A stretch of 64,000 bases of DNA from Octopus vulgaris. Lineage: Eukaryota. Below are positions 63,113 to 64,000 of the stretch, piece after piece. Under the pieces are notes generated by a model. The model was not told the DNA's origin. It made no database searches and worked only from the letters and a program-made list of their open reading frames with translations. The stretch lies in assembly GCA_951406725.2 (NCBI GenBank), contig OX597817.1:10602001-10666000 (forward strand), given 5' to 3'. Within the stretch, counting starts at the first letter, position 1. Each line of letters opens with the position of its first letter. The position numbers and the translations under genes are program-made.

Positions 63113-63517
63113 CGCAGGAGTGGCTGTGTGGTAAGTAGCTTGCTAACCAACCACATGGTTCAGTCCCACTGCGTGGCATCTTGGGCAAGTGTCTTCTGCT
63201 ATAGCCTCGGGCCGACCAATGCCTTGTGAGTGGATTTGGTAGACGGAAACTGAAAGAAGCTTGTCGTATATATGTGTATATACATATATATATATATATG
63301 AGTGGGTATGTGTGTGTGTGTTTGTCCCCCTAGCATTGCTTGACAACCGATGCTGGTGTGTTTACGTCCCCGTCACTTAGCGGTTCGACAAAAGAGACCG
63401 ATAGAATAAGTACTGGGCTTACAAAGAATAAGTCCCGGGGTCGATTTGGTCGACTAAAGGCGGTGCTCCTGCATGGCCGCAGTCAAATGACTGAAACAAG
63501 TAAAAGAGTAAAAGAGT
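63111..63517 (+). mobile_element. SINE A, full length
   Basis: Matches the family consensus. Confidence 0.92.
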
Positions 63518-64000
63518 ATACATATATTCTGTACGACTCTCTTACTCTTTCTTTCAGTCCCTTCACACTTACTTCGTTCTTTCCACTTTTCTTTTTCCCG
63601 CTCCTCCTCTCTCACATTTCATAGCCTTCCCTTCCTTCTCACATTCCCTCCTCTTTTACCTCACTCTGTCCCTGTCGTAAGGTTTCACTTCCACATACGC
63701 CAACTTAATTTAATTCGTCCTTAGTCGAAAGACACCTGTTGTTAATGTCCTGTTGTTTGTATTTGTAACTGTGTACCATTTCTCCGTGTACCATTTCTTT
63801 TTATGCTTTTTTTTTCTTCGACCTTGCTTACATTCACTTGCTTTCTTCCAAAGAATCTAGTGCTCTTAGCTTAGATTTCTATGGGGCCGGTCAGATTCGA
63901 GCACTCTCGAGTGTAACCGGCTGAAGCTACTGAGAAAATCTGGAACTTGACTGACGATAGAAAACTCCGAATGACCCGTCCGTATTTTTTCCTGTCCTTT

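Overview
AT-rich, microsatellite-dense eukaryotic DNA made almost entirely of transposable elements and their remnants. The repeat landscape looks like a coleoid cephalopod, probably Octopus; this is inferred from recognising the tRNA-derived SINE families, not from a search. No confidently identifiable host protein-coding gene is present, only a few weak minus-strand exon candidates. Main contents: (1) one full-length, recently disabled L1/Tx1-clade LINE (35726-41045; ORF1 with CCHC knuckle, ORF2 APE-RT-Zn with one frameshift and two stops) inserted with a 15-16 bp TSD into a SINE; (2) at least four tRNA-derived SINE families, called A-D here; (3) six non-autonomous Helitrons, one carrying a 5' fragment of a Tx1-type LINE; (4) mariner, Tc4/m44-like and hAT DNA-transposon remnants; (5) CR1, RTE and Penelope-like remnants, including several minimal hammerhead-ribozyme motifs beside (TA)n tracts. 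The best lead is a self-targeting LINE/SINE system: SINE B has acquired the Tx1 LINE's 3' tail, and both the LINE and the tailed SINE insert at the same motif (GTATTTCGTCTG) inside SINE B.
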